The notes under the pieces were generated by a model. The model was not told where the DNA came from. It saw only the letters and a program-made list of their open reading frames with translations, and made no database searches. This document shows, in pieces, positions 1-11,825 of a stretch of DNA of 64,000 bases. The DNA is from an uncultured bacterium (GTDB lineage Bacteria > Krumholzibacteriota > Krumholzibacteriia > LZORAL124-64-63): the NCBI GenBank assembly GCA_963732385.1, contig CAVSZB010000002.1, positions 128,001 through 192,000 of the forward strand, written 5' to 3'. Numbering within the stretch: position 1 is the stretch's first letter; every line of letters starts with the position of its first letter. The translations under genes were made by a program, and so were the position numbers.

Positions 1-156
1 TATCCTGCTTATTGTTCCGGGAGAGCGCAGTATAGGCGCTACCCCTGAAACGGGGCGCTCGCCGAGTTGCCGGGAACCATGTGATGGACGGCCCACCCCG
101 GAGTCAGGCAAGCGACATGCCGGCGGAGCAGGATCAGCGTGAGGAGGTTACAGGCC

Positions 157-907
157 ATGCCCAGTCAACCCGCAAATCCACCCGGGTGGAACCGCCCCAA
201 CATGATCCCGACGCTGAATGGCACGGGCTTCATGTTCGAGGTCCGCGACACCTTCACCAATGATTTCATCAGCCATGCCGGCCGGAGCAGCCACCCGGTT
301 CTGGAACTTGGCTGCGCCTACGGCGTGGCGAGCATTCCGGCGCTGGAGGCCGGCGCAAGGGTGGTCGCCTCCGACATGGAGCCGCAGCACCTCGAGATCC
401 TCAAAAGCAAGGTGCCGCCGCATCTGCTCGACCAGCTCGACGCTGGTCGTGGCCACTCTCCCGCAGGCGGAATTTCCAGCAGGCGCCTTTGGCGCAATCC
501 TCTGTTCACGCGTCCTGCATTTTCTCGACGGTGACGATATCGATACCTCGGTGGGCAAGATGGCGCAGTGGCTGGCGCCCGGTGGTCGTCTCTATCTGAT
601 CGCCGACACGCCCTATGGCATCTGGCGCAAGAAAATCGCCGAGTTCGAGGCGGGCAAGGCTGCAGGCATGCGCTGGCCGGGCATGATGATCGGGCTGCAT
701 AACTACCTCACCGCCGAGCCGCCACCGAAACCGATCGACAAACCGCCATTCATGAACGTGCTTGATCCGGAGCTGATGGCCAGAAGCTGTACCGAAGCAG
801 GCCTGGAAGTTGTGGAAGCCGCCTTCATTCCGCGGCCCGACTTCGGCGGGTTCGGACAGATGGACGGCCGTGAAAATGCCGGGGTGGTGGCCGTCAAACC
901 GGGCTGA
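157..907 (+). CDS. Class I SAM-dependent methyltransferase (one apparent frameshift near 440-445)
   Basis: Motif I VLELGCAYG and VASDME in ORF 139..534. Continues as AILCSRVLHFL...WLAPGGRLYL in ORF 218..907. GAGGAGG RBS before ATG 157. Confidence 0.8.
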
Positions 908-933
908 TATCGTGACTGCAGGGGGACTGACGG

Positions 934-3393
934 ATGCACATCGCCTTTTTATGCCGCGCGGCGAGCGTGGCAGGGTTTGCCGTGGCATGCCTGCTTTTCG
1001 CGACGCCACCAGTATCGGCAGACGACGAAGTCAGCGAGATCATCGTCACCGCCCGCAAGCGCGAAGAGCGGCTGCAGGAAGTACCGCTGTCGATCACCGC
1101 GTTCGATGCCGACGCGCTCAAGGACCGCAATATCCAGTCGGTCTACGATGTCGCCACCTTCACGCCGAATTTCAGTTTCAGCCGCAACGTGGTCGGCCGG
1201 CGCCTCGATGCACCGAGCATCCGCGGGCAGTTTTCACCGCTGAACAACTTCGGCTCGGAAGGCAACGTGGCCTTCTTCGTGGATGGCGTGTACATCAGCG
1301 GCACCTCCAGCAGCCTGACGGCTGACAACATCGAGCGCATCGAAGTCCTGCGCGGACCGCAGGCTGCACAGTTCGGCCGCGCGGCCTTTTCCGGTGCCGT
1401 CAATTACGTGACCCGCACACCCACCAACGAGATCGAGGGACAGGTTTACCTGAAAGGCGGCGAAGACAGCGACTACAAGACCTCGGCCTGGCTCAGCGGC
1501 CCCCTGATCGAGGACAAGCTGCTGTTTTTCACCTCGGCCAGCTGGGAGTCGGTGGACGGCCAGTGGCAGAACTCCATGAATCCGTCGAACATCTGCGGAC
1601 CGGGCGAGACTTTTTCCGACGGTTGCCTGGTGATGAGCCCGCGCTACCAGCTGGGTTGGCCGGAGGGACAGCCGCCCTCGATGCAGATGGACGATTACAC
1701 GCAGCTCGGTGGCGAAAGTACCTGGAACGTCACCGGCAAGCTGACCTGGAACGCCAGCGACGCACTGCAGTTCAACGTGAAGGCCGAGTACACCGAAACC
1801 GACGACGAACACTACGCCTCGCTGTTTCAGCCGGACCTCGACTGCTACACACCCGGCGGTGCGGCCTGCGAGATCACCGCCGACGGGCTGCGCGCCGTGA
1901 TGAATATCGCCGACTTGCGCGAAGGCGCCACGTCGGGATCCTTCGGCACGACCGAGGGCGACGATTTCGTACCCAGCACGGCCCGGCCTGCACCCTTCCT
2001 CGGCACCCGCAGTGAAACCCGGCGCTATCTCGCCGAAGGCATCTACACCATCGATGACTGGGAAATCGCGGCACGCGCCACGCTTAATCACCAGAGCCTC
2101 GAAAGCTACAAGGACCTCGACCGTTCACCGTACTGGGGTCCGCTGTTCGCCGGTGTGTTCCAGTCCGGTGAGCTGCAGCGCTGGAGCGACCACTCCTATG
2201 AGGCACGGGTCACCTCGCCGCAGGATCAGCCGCTCCGGACCACGGCCGGCGTCTACTATTTCCGTGCCGACAACACCTCCTACCAGCGTGAATTCACCGG
2301 CTTCTGCAACCGGCTTGAATACGGCATGCCGGAAATCAACGGCCAGCGCTCCTGGACGCTGAATGCCGACAAGGAGAACAAGGCGGTCTTCGGCGGTGTG
2401 GCCTATGACATTAAGGAAGACGTCACGCTGGAAGTGGAAGGCCGCTATGCCAAGGACTCACCGACCCAGCACGCGGCGAACGGCATCAGCGCATCGACCA
2501 GCTATTACAGCTTCACGCCCCGGGCAACGCTCACCTGGAAGCCCACCGAAGACCTCAACCTGTACGGCCTGGTCGCCAAAGGCAACAAGCCCGGCGGTTA
2601 TTTCTTCGGCTATTTCGACGCTCCGATAACACCCACCGGCCCCGGCAGCACCACCGAGGCCATCGAGAACGGCGATGCCGTCATCAAGGAGGAGAACGCC
2701 TGGACCTACGAAATGGGCGCCAAGACCCAGTGGCTGGACCGTCGGCTGACCGCCAACATATCGGTGTTCTATATCGACTGGTCCGACCAGGCGATCAACG
2801 AAGTACGCAACATCCAGTGGGCCTGTGCAGACACGGGCAACACGGCACAGGTACCCAATAACGTCATCCGCAATGTCGGACAGTCCACAGTGATCGGCAG
2901 CGAAGTGGAACTGGCCCTGGCTGCTACAGACAATCTGCGTCTGGCCGTGAATTACGGCCTCGCCTCCACGGAACTGAAGGACTACGAGTCGGTGATCGAC
3001 CAGACCAGCGGGGTAATCGTCGATGCCGAAGGCAAGGAAGCCCCGCGCGTACCCAAGCACACGGTGACGACATCAGCCACCTGGACCCGCCCCTTCGGTG
3101 ACCGCGGTGCCAGCTGGTTTCTGCGCGGCGACTACGTGTACAACTCGAAGACCTGGCTGGAGGCCGACAACATCGTCTATGTGGGCGCACTCAACCTCGT
3201 CAACACCCGCTTCGGCATCGAGTCAGACCAGTGGACGGCAACCTTTTACATCGACAACCTGACCGACGACGACACGCCGACACTGGCCACGCAATTCCCG
3301 AACTTCAACAACTTCCCCGGCGTGACCACCGCCTTCCACGTCGTACCCCGGCGCGGCAAAAACGCCGGGCTCACGCTGCTGCACCGTTTCTAG
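934..3393 (+). CDS. TonB-dependent outer membrane receptor
   Basis: Signal peptide, TonB box EIIVTARKREE, plug motif IERIEVLRGPQ, C-terminal Phe; intact 819 aa. Confidence 0.95.
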   Translation: MHIAFLCRAASVAGFAVACLLFATPPVSADDEVSEIIVTARKREERLQEVPLSITAFDADALKDRNIQSVYDVATFTPNFSFSRNVVGRRLDAPSIRGQFSPLNNFGSEGNVAFFVDGVYISGTSSSLTADNIERIEVLRGPQAAQFGRAAFSGAVNYVTRTPTNEIEGQVYLKGGEDSDYKTSAWLSGPLIEDKLLFFTSASWESVDGQWQNSMNPSNICGPGETFSDGCLVMSPRYQLGWPEGQPPSMQMDDYTQLGGESTWNVTGKLTWNASDALQFNVKAEYTETDDEHYASLFQPDLDCYTPGGAACEITADGLRAVMNIADLREGATSGSFGTTEGDDFVPSTARPAPFLGTRSETRRYLAEGIYTIDDWEIAARATLNHQSLESYKDLDRSPYWGPLFAGVFQSGELQRWSDHSYEARVTSPQDQPLRTTAGVYYFRADNTSYQREFTGFCNRLEYGMPEINGQRSWTLNADKENKAVFGGVAYDIKEDVTLEVEGRYAKDSPTQHAANGISASTSYYSFTPRATLTWKPTEDLNLYGLVAKGNKPGGYFFGYFDAPITPTGPGSTTEAIENGDAVIKEENAWTYEMGAKTQWLDRRLTANISVFYIDWSDQAINEVRNIQWACADTGNTAQVPNNVIRNVGQSTVIGSEVELALAATDNLRLAVNYGLASTELKDYESVIDQTSGVIVDAEGKEAPRVPKHTVTTSATWTRPFGDRGASWFLRGDYVYNSKTWLEADNIVYVGALNLVNTRFGIESDQWTATFYIDNLTDDDTPTLATQFPNFNNFPGVTTAFHVVPRRGKNAGLTLLHRF

Positions 3394-3396
3394 CCA

Positions 3397-3467
3397 GAGC
3401 GGCCGTAGGAGCGGCTTCAGCCGCGATCTCGGCTGAATCGCGGCTGAAGCCGCTCCTACGGCCGCTC
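3397..3467. repeat. GTAG-type REP doublet (REPIN-like long hairpin) between convergent genes
   Basis: Perfect 31-bp inverted repeat GAGCGGCCGTAGGAGCGGCTTCAGCCGCGAT (3397-3427) / 3437-3467 with a 9-nt loop. Each arm has GTAG followed by the internal palindrome GCGGCT-TC-AGCCGC. Confidence 0.8.
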
Positions 3468-4481
3468 CTACGCCGCTCCTGCGGCCGGGTTTTCCGGCGG
3501 CACTTCGGCGGCATAGGCTTCCCAGGTGCCGCGGGGCATGACCTGTGGCCAGTGATCAGGGACCTGCAGATAGTCCGGCGCATTCTTCTCGATATAGGCC
3601 AGAACCTTGGGCGGAATGTCGCCCGGGCCCTTGAGCCCCTTGTGACTGAACATCCGGCCGAACAGCACGCCGGATTCGGCAAACTCGTGGCCACCCATCT
3701 GCATCCACGGCCACCACTGCGAGACGCGCGAGAAGCCCGCGATGAATCGACTCGACGGCGCGCTGCGATCCTGCATCTCGCTGAGCGACATGCTGAACGT
3801 GAAATGCTCCGAGGGACTGATGCGCGGACCGGTACAGGCCTTGGGCCAGCGCTCGGCATTGACCGGATTGGTGTACTCGTGCGCATAGTCCCAGGCGAGC
3901 ATCAGGTCATCGCCGTAGGTCTCGAAGGGCAGCACGAAGGGCACCTTGCCTGCCATGTTCCGTTGCGTGCCGTCATTCATCAGCGTGGCATCGTCTTTCG
4001 CGGCACCCATCGCAAAGCGCGGCATTTCGGCCGTCAGCTTGCCGCCCATGTTCGGGTTGTAGAAATTGAAAACCTTGACGGTCTCGCCGGTGAACGGGTT
4101 CTTCCAGGTATCAAGGATGTCGCCGGTGGCGAGGTCGGTGAAATAACCGGTCTCCTTGCCGCGGATCCAGCAATTGCCGTCGCTGTCGATCTTCGACTGC
4201 ATGACGCCGGTGCCGGTGTAACCGAACAGCGGCATGGCCCGCTTCGCACCGATGCGCGCATACATCAGGCCGTGAAAGCCGCTGAGCACCGGTTCGTCGT
4301 AACCGCCCCAGATCTTGCCGAAGGCATACAGGTTGTCACGCGGATCGTTGAAATCCAGCGGCTTGCCGGCGGCGGCCTGCACCTGCTTGCCAACCGCCAT
4401 GAGTCCGACGCCCGTGGCGGCGAGCGCGGCGAGCGCGGAGCGGCGGTTGACGAACAGACCATTGACCAGTTCAGAAGTCAT
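3468..4481 (-). CDS. DUF1838-like protein with probable Tat signal
   Basis: NRRSALAALAATGVG twin-Arg leader; E..YFTDLATGDILDTWKNPFTGETVKV and SRVSQWWPWMQMG motifs recalled from DUF1838. GGGGAG RBS before ATG 4481. Confidence 0.7.
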   Translation of the reverse strand: MTSELVNGLFVNRRSALAALAATGVGLMAVGKQVQAAAGKPLDFNDPRDNLYAFGKIWGGYDEPVLSGFHGLMYARIGAKRAMPLFGYTGTGVMQSKIDSDGNCWIRGKETGYFTDLATGDILDTWKNPFTGETVKVFNFYNPNMGGKLTAEMPRFAMGAAKDDATLMNDGTQRNMAGKVPFVLPFETYGDDLMLAWDYAHEYTNPVNAERWPKACTGPRISPSEHFTFSMSLSEMQDRSAPSSRFIAGFSRVSQWWPWMQMGGHEFAESGVLFGRMFSHKGLKGPGDIPPKVLAYIEKNAPDYLQVPDHWPQVMPRGTWEAYAAEVPPENPAAGAA

Positions 4482-4606
4482 CGCGTCACTCCCCGGTAGA
4501 ACCAGGCTGCATTTAAACCTAATACGGCGTGGGGCAATAGCACTGCAGCCCGCGAAACGTGACGCATTGCGGGGCCGGTTCGCCCTGCGGTTGCTAGATT
4601 CGGCGC

Positions 4607-6014
4607 ATGGCACATCGGCTGGCGACAAGTCCGGCTCCGGGCGGCTCTGCGGCAGGCATGCACCTGCAGAACCCGGCTGAATGTGCACCAGTCGAATGCG
4701 CCTCAGCTGAATGTGCCTCACTCGCACACATCCTCGACACGCGCAACCATCGGCCGATGCTGCGTCTGCAGGCGCTGCAGATACTTGAAGGCGTGTGCCG
4801 CAGTCTCGAGCACGCGCATCGCAACGGCCACATACACGGCGATGTGCGGCCGGAAAAGATCTTCGTCACCTCGAAGGGACACGTCCGGCTGACCGGCCAC
4901 GGCGATGCACCCACGGCGGCATACGCCAGTTGCGAAGTGCTGGAAGGCGCCCCGCCGGTCGCCGCCGACGACCTGTTTTCCGCCGCCTGCACCGGCTACC
5001 AGTTGCTTGCAGGTGAGCCGGCATTCGATGCCGGCGACGCGCTCCAGGCAGAAGCCGCCGGCCAGCGCCCGGCGCGCATTGCACATCTGTCACCCGGGCA
5101 ATGGCGCGCACTCGACCGCGCACTCGCGTTCCGGCGCGCAGACCGTCAACCGGACATCGAGACCTTTCTCAACGAACTGCGCAGTCAATTCCCCGGCCAG
5201 TCAGAAGCAGATGCCACCGCATCCGCTGCGAGCCTGCCGCTTGCCGGCATGGACGAGAATCGCGGCCTGCGCCTGCCGGTCATGGTCGCCGGCCTGACCG
5301 GCATCGCCCTCGTCATCGCATCCGGCTGGTGGCTGCTCCGCACACCCGGGGTTCCAGCCAGTGCCCCTCCGCCACCGATTGCAGGCGGCAAGATTGAACC
5401 CCGGCGAATAGTGCGCAGGGCAGCCCTGCCAGTTGCTGACACGGCGCTGCAGCCAAGCACCGGCAATTTCGCCAGCGATGCCGGCAGTAGCGCCAGTAGC
5501 GCCAGTACCGGCCGTACCACCAGTACCGGCAGCAATTCCGCAACGGATGCCCGCGGAAGCACCCCGCCAGCCGACGGCAGAGAGGTTTGGCGACATCAAG
5601 CCGCCTGTGGCAGACATGGCACCGTTACCACTGTCGCTGTCTGCACCCAGCGCAGTCGTACCGGCCCTGCCGGATCTGCCCGTTCCGGCAATCAACCTGC
5701 CCGCGCCACCGGCGGCCGACAGCGGCATCCACATGGTGCCGTTCTCCAGCCTGAAAGTGCGGCGTTACGTCGATCCCGACTACCCGCGCAACAGCGAGGG
5801 CATCCGCACCGCCGGCTGGGTGGATGTGCGCTTCGGCATCGATGCAGCGGGTCGTACCACCGCATTGCAGGTCACTGCTGCCGAACCGGCAGGTGTTTTC
5901 GAGGACGCCGCCCTCGCCGCCGCAAGGCGCTGGCGCTTTGCGCCGGTGGCGGCGCCCGCGGGATCGGGCCAGGAAGTACGCAGCGAAATCCGCGTCCGCT
6001 TCATTCCGGACTGA
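4607..6014 (+). CDS. Degenerate protein-kinase-like domain + TM helix + Pro-rich linker + TonB C-terminal domain (frameshift ~5400-5460)
   Basis: HGDVRPEKIF, YASCE and DDLFS kinase C-lobe motifs and a TM helix in ORF 4607..6031. PDYP...GWVDVRFGIDAAG...FEDAALAAARRWRF TonB_C in ORF 5433..6014. Confidence 0.7.
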
Positions 6015-6027
6015 ATCGCAAGCGCGG

Positions 6028-6828
6028 CTAAAAACCGAGCGGACCGAACAGATCGCGCCGGCGAAAGAGGCTCATGAAGAACCGTGCGCGCACCTTGCCG
6101 TTGGTCAGCCAGCGCACTGCCGCACCGTTCTTGCCGTGATTGGCGAGCATCCCGGCCACCAGAAACGGCGTCACCGTCTCGACCGTGTCCGCAAGGATAT
6201 TGAGGATCTTCTTGGACCGCTCCCAGTTCTGGTTCCGCTGTTCGGGGGGCGGCACGAGCAGATCGGTCACGACGATGCCGGGACTCAGATAGCCGACACT
6301 GACCGGTGACTTGCCGAGTTCCTTCGCCAGCGCCTTGGTGAAATAGGCAACCGCATACTTGGATGTGCCGTACACCGAGAGCGTCGGGCGCACGGAACCG
6401 TTGCTGCCAAAACCCTCCATGTTCCAGATCATGCCACTGCCCTGTTTGTACATGGCCGGGATCGCCACGCGATTGCAGTGCATCAGGCCGAGGACATTGG
6501 TATTGATGGTCTTGACGTAGTTGTCCGGTGGCAGCATGAAGAACGGCGCCTTGATGCCGTCGGCACCGGCATTGTTGACCCAGATATCCACGCTGCCGAG
6601 TCCCGCGACCGCCGCGTCCCAGAGCCCCTGCACCTGGGCGTAATCCGCAACCTCGCAAACCTTGCCGACGATTTTCCGCCCGGGAAATTCCGCCCGCAGC
6701 AAGGCCAATGCCTTTTCCACCGCCGCAGAGCCGCGACTGGAAATCATCACCTCGTGGCCCGATTTGAGGAATTCGCGGGCCAGACCGAGGCCGATACCCC
6801 TGGTACTGCCGGTTATCACCACATGCAT
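6028..6828 (-). CDS. Short-chain dehydrogenase/reductase
   Basis: VVITGSTRGIG, NNAG, YGTSK catalytic motif; ATG at 6828. Confidence 0.9.
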   Translation of the reverse strand: MHVVITGSTRGIGLGLAREFLKSGHEVMISSRGSAAVEKALALLRAEFPGRKIVGKVCEVADYAQVQGLWDAAVAGLGSVDIWVNNAGADGIKAPFFMLPPDNYVKTINTNVLGLMHCNRVAIPAMYKQGSGMIWNMEGFGSNGSVRPTLSVYGTSKYAVAYFTKALAKELGKSPVSVGYLSPGIVVTDLLVPPPEQRNQNWERSKKILNILADTVETVTPFLVAGMLANHGKNGAAVRWLTNGKVRARFFMSLFRRRDLFGPLGF

Positions 6829-6981
6829 GCGAAGCCACCTTGAGAAAGCGTGGGGGAATCGATTGTGCCCCGGGACGGGAAGTCCTGCATCCTGCCAGTA
6901 CCGGGATGCCCGTCCGGAGAGTAGAATCCACCCCGGGCAACCCCCGCGGCTCTCGCCGCGACAACAGATCAAACAACAAAC

Positions 6982-9638
6982 ATGCGAACTCCAGCCCTGC
7001 TGATTGCTGCGGTCTTTGGTGCCGTGACCGTGACCTTGTGGGCATTGGCCAACCAGCCGGTCGCCGAACCGCAGTGGCCAGAGCGTATCCAGGGCTTCGC
7101 CTTTTCGCCCTATCACAGCGGCCAGGATGCGGTGGCCGGGGACTTCCCCAGCATCGAACAGATCGACGGCGATCTGGTGCTGCTCAAGGACCGCACCCGC
7201 TCGATCCGTACCTACACGACTGACAGCACCATCGGCGAAGTGCCGAAACTCGCCCAGAAACACCAGATCAAGGTCGCGCTGGGCGCCTGGATCGACGCGC
7301 GCTTTGCACACAACGCCACCGAGATCGAGCGTGCGATCCGGTTGGCACGCCGGCACGACAATGTCATCCGCCTGATCGTCGGCAACGAGGTCATCCTGCG
7401 CGGTGACATCCCGCTTGCGGATCTCACCGCCTATCTCGACAAGGTACGCGCAGCCGTCAAGCAACCGGTCAGCACCGCCGAGCCGTGGCATGTCTGGCTG
7501 CGCCATCCGGAACTTGCCGAGCACGTCGACTATCTGGCCGTACACATGCTGCCGTACTGGGAAGGCATACCGGCGGACGCCTCGATCGGCTACATCGACA
7601 GCAAGGTAGCGGAACTCGAACAGGCTTTTCCCGGCAAGAAAATCGTTCTCGCCGAGGTCGGCTGGCCCAGCAACGGCCGCACGCGCGAGGCAGCGGTCGC
7701 CTCCGAGTCCAACGAGGCGATGTTCCTGCGCCGCTTTCTGGCCCGCGCCAGGGAACAGGGCTACGTCTACTACCTGATGGAAGCCTTCGACCAGCCGTGG
7801 AAGGCGCAGAGCGAAGGATCGGTCGGTGCCTACTGGGGCGTCTGGAACGTCGATCGCGAAGCCAAGTTTCCCTTCAAGGCGCCCATCGTGCGCATACCCG
7901 AATGGCGCACGCTGGCCGCCATCGCGGTTGCACTGGCGCTGCTGCTGTTCACGGTGTTTTCACTGGACGGGCGCAGGCTGGCCACAGTCCGGGCGCAGCT
8001 TTCTGGCGGTGGTTGCCTACGCCACGACCACGACCGTGGTCTGGGTGCTCTACGAATACTCGCAGCAATACATGACGGTCACCACGGTGGTCGTCGGTGT
8101 GCTGATGCTCATCGGTACCATCGGTGTACTCGCGGTGCTGCTGGCCGAAGCGCATGAGTGGGCCGAGGCACAGTGGGCCACTGCGCGGCGCCAGTTGCCG
8201 GGGGCTCCTGCTGACGACAGCGATGCGGCGGCGGCTCAACCGAAAGTCTCGGTACACGTGCCCTGCTACAACGAACCACCGGCGATGGTCATCGAGACTC
8301 TCGATGCGCTGGCACAGCTCGACTGGGCGGATTTCGAAGTCCTGGTGATCGACAACAACACCTGCGACGAAGCGGTATGGCGACCGGTAGAGGCCCATTG
8401 CGCAACGCTGGGCGCGCGCTTCCGGTTTTTCCATGTCGCACCGCTGGCCGGCTTCAAGGCTGGCGCACTCAACTTCGCACTCAAAAACACCGACCCGGCT
8501 GCACAGATCATCGCGGTCATCGACAGTGACTATGTCGTGAGTCCGGACTGGCTGCGCGACATGCTGCCGGCCTTCGCCGATCCAAAACTGGCCATCGCGC
8601 AGGCGCCACAGGATTATCGCGATACTGCCGAAAACGCCTTCAAGGCCAGCTGCTACGCGGAGTACGCGGGCTTCTTCCACATCGGCATGGTCACGCGCAA
8701 CGAGCGCAACGCCATCATCCAGCACGGCACGATGACACTGGTCCGGCGCACTGCGCTCGAATCCGTCGGCGGCTGGAGCGAGTGGTGCATCACGGAAGAC
8801 GCCGAACTCGGTCTGCGCCTGTTCGAGCAGGGCTGGACTGCCAGCTACAGCCCGCGCACCTATGGCCGCGGCCTGATGCCGGATACCTTCAACGATTTCC
8901 GCAAGCAGCGTTTCCGCTGGGCCTATGGCGCCATGCAGATCCTGCGCCGGCACGCCAGCGTGCTGTTCCGCTGGCAAGACCGCTCACTGACCACGGGCCA
9001 GCGCTACCACTTCCTCGCCGGCTGGCTGCCGTGGGTGGCCGATGGCTTCAACCTGCTGTTCAATTTTGCAGCCCTGGGCTGGTCGATCGGCATGGTCCTG
9101 GCGCCCAACGTGGTTGATCCGCCGCTGCTGATCTTCTCGGTGTTGCCGCTGTCGCTGTTTGCCTTCAAGGCCGCAAAACTCATCGACCTGTACCGCAGCT
9201 GCGTGGGCGCCCGCCCGCGGCAGATTGCCGCCGCTGCACTGGCCGGACTCGGCCTGTCGCACACCGTCGGTGTGGCGATACTCTCGGGCCTGGTCAACGG
9301 AAGACAAGCCGTTCTTCCGCACGCCCAAGCAGGCGCAACAGCATGCCCTGCTGACGGCATTGTCTTCTGCCCGCGAAGAATGGCTGATGACCATCGCCCT
9401 GCTGCTGGCCGCCTGGGGCGTCAGCTCGATCGAACTGATGGGCAGCCCGGATCTGTCGATCTGGATCCTGGTACTGCTGGTGCAGACCGTGCCGTACCTG
9501 GCCGCGATCATCATGTCGCTGGTCAGTGCCCTGCCCCTGCCGGCAAGGCTCATCGGCACACCGAAGCCCACCCGCCACCAGGCACCGGTTGCCGGCGACG
9601 ACTACGACGACGCTGCGAGCCGGCCGGGGAACAGCTGA
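6982..9638 (+). CDS. GH17 + GT2 fusion, NdvB-like cyclic beta-1,3-glucan synthase (frameshifts ~7985 and ~9300)
   Basis: GH17 motifs IVGNEV and LAEVGWPS, then TM helices, then GT2 motifs PCYNE, IDSDY, ITEDAELG and QRFRW, then C-terminal TM helices. Confidence 0.85.
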
Positions 9639-9758
9639 TCTGCCCCGCTGCGTCCGACCAGTGGCGCAGCCGGCAACTAATACCGCCCTTCCCGACTAGG
9701 CGCAGCTGCGCATGGTCGTTACCATCGTGGTTCGCCTCCGCCGCTCCGGAATCACCGC

Positions 9759-11797
9759 ATGGTTTCCCTTCCTCAGATCCTGACCATCCTCGCACTGCTG
9801 GTTGGCGCCTTGCCGGCTATCGCAACCGCCGAACAATGGCTGCACTACGGTGGCGATGCCGGGGGCCAGAAGTACTCCCCGCTGACGCAGATCAACGCCG
9901 CCAACGTCGCTCAGCTGGAAGTCGCCTGGCAATACAGCACCGGCGAACTCGCCCGTCGCCCCGAACTGCAGAGCAAGTGGGCCAAGGTGCAGGTAAATCC
10001 GATCCTGCTGCCTGCCGCGGCCGGCGGGCACCTGATGATCTGCACGCCCTTTGGCCGGGTGATCGCGCTCGATCCAGCCACCGGCACGGAACGCTGGGTC
10101 CACGAACCGGACACGCGCGTCGGCGGCTATGCCACGGCTGAAGACCCGCAAGGCCTCAAGAGCCCCGGCTTCACCAACTGTCGCGGCGTCGCTTACTGGA
10201 CCGAAAGCGCAGGCGCCGGCGCCAGCCCTGTGTGGCCAGCGCATCTTCGTCGCCACCCACGATCTGCGCCTGATCGCCCTGGACGCAAAGACCGGCAAAC
10301 CCTGTCCGGACTTTGGCAATAACGGCACCGTGGCACTCGAGGCCACGGTCCTCGCCGCACATCCGCCGGCAGCCATCGGCGAAGTGAAGTTCTCCGGCCC
10401 GCCGCTGGTCATCAACGACGTGGTCGTGCTCGGCACCTCGGTGCGCGACTTCCATCGCGCCAATGCGCCCAACGGGTCGGTGCGCGCTTTCGATGCACGC
10501 AGCGGCGCCGCGCGCTGGAGCTTCGACCCGATACCGCGCAGTGCGGACGATCCGGCCTATGCCGGCTGGAGCGAAGCGGTGCACGCGATACCGGCGCAGG
10601 CAATGTCTGGGGCCTGATGAGCGCCGATCCGGAACGCGATCTGGTGTTCATGCCCACCTCGAGTCCGTCACCGGATTTTTTCGGCGGCACCCGGCCCGGC
10701 AACAACGACTACGCAGACTCGATCGTCGCTCTGCACGGCGCGACGGGCAAAGTCGCCTGGCACTTCCAGACCGTCCATCACGATGTCTGGGACTATGACA
10801 ACGCCGCACAGCCGACGTTGGTGGAACTCAGCAAGGACGGCAAGCCCTTCCCGGCCGTGATCCAGGCCACCAAGACCGGCATGCTGTACATCTTTCACCG
10901 CGAAACCGGCGAGCCCTTCTTTGCCGATCGAAGAGCGGCCCGTGCCCCAGGGCGGCGTGCCGGGCGAAGTGCTCTCGCCCACGCAGCCCTTCCCGGTGAA
11001 GCCGCCACCGCTCGTGCCCCACGAATTCAGGCCGGAGGATTTCTGGGGCATGACGCCCTGGGAACGCAATGCCTGCGTGAAAGCCTATGGCAACAAACGC
11101 TACGGCAAAATCTTCACGCCGCCGACGCTCGAAGGCACGATCGTCGTGCCGTCCACGGCGGGCGGCGTGAACTGGGGCGGGGTTGCGGTCGATCCCGGCT
11201 CGAAAGATCCTCGTCACCAACGTGCTGCGCCTTGCCCACTTTGCGCAACTGCAACCGGCAGCAGACGACAACGAAGTCCGCAAGAGCATGCAGGAAAACA
11301 TGATGGGCGCGCCGGCACGGATTCTCGGCACGCCTTATGCCATCAAGCAGTCGGCACTGCTTTCGCCGCTCAACCAGGTGCCCTGCACCGCCCCGCCCTA
11401 CGCAGAACTGGTGGCCGTCGACCTGCAGCAGGGCGAGATCCTCTGGCGCGGCACGCTCGGCGTCTGGGATCACACCCTGCCGCCGCCGATGGCGGCACCG
11501 TATTCGCTGCCGCTGCCCCTGAAGTGGGGTACACCGACCTTTGGTGGTCCGATGCTCACGGCCGGCGGACTGGTGTTCATCGGTGCGACCGGCGATGACC
11601 GGCTGCGCGCCTTCGATATTCGCGACGGCAAGGAACTGTGGAGTGCTACCCTGCCGACCGGCGCTTTTGCGATCCCCATGAGTTACGAGATCGGTGGCCG
11701 GCAGTTCGTGGTGGTCGCTTCGGGTGGCCATGCCTTTGTCTACCAGAAGGCAGGCGACCAGATCACGGCCTTCGCGCTGCCCGCAGCACCGCGTTGA
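9759..11797 (+). CDS. PQQ-dependent dehydrogenase, glucose/quinate dehydrogenase-like (several frameshifts)
   Basis: WLHYGGDAGGQKYSPLTQINAANV, CRGVAYW, FQTVHHDVWDYD, GGPMLTAGGLVFIGA and PMSYEIGGRQFVV spread over four overlapping ORFs. Confidence 0.9.
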
Positions 11798-11825
11798 TGA
11801 ACAGAATCACACCCAGGACTGATAA

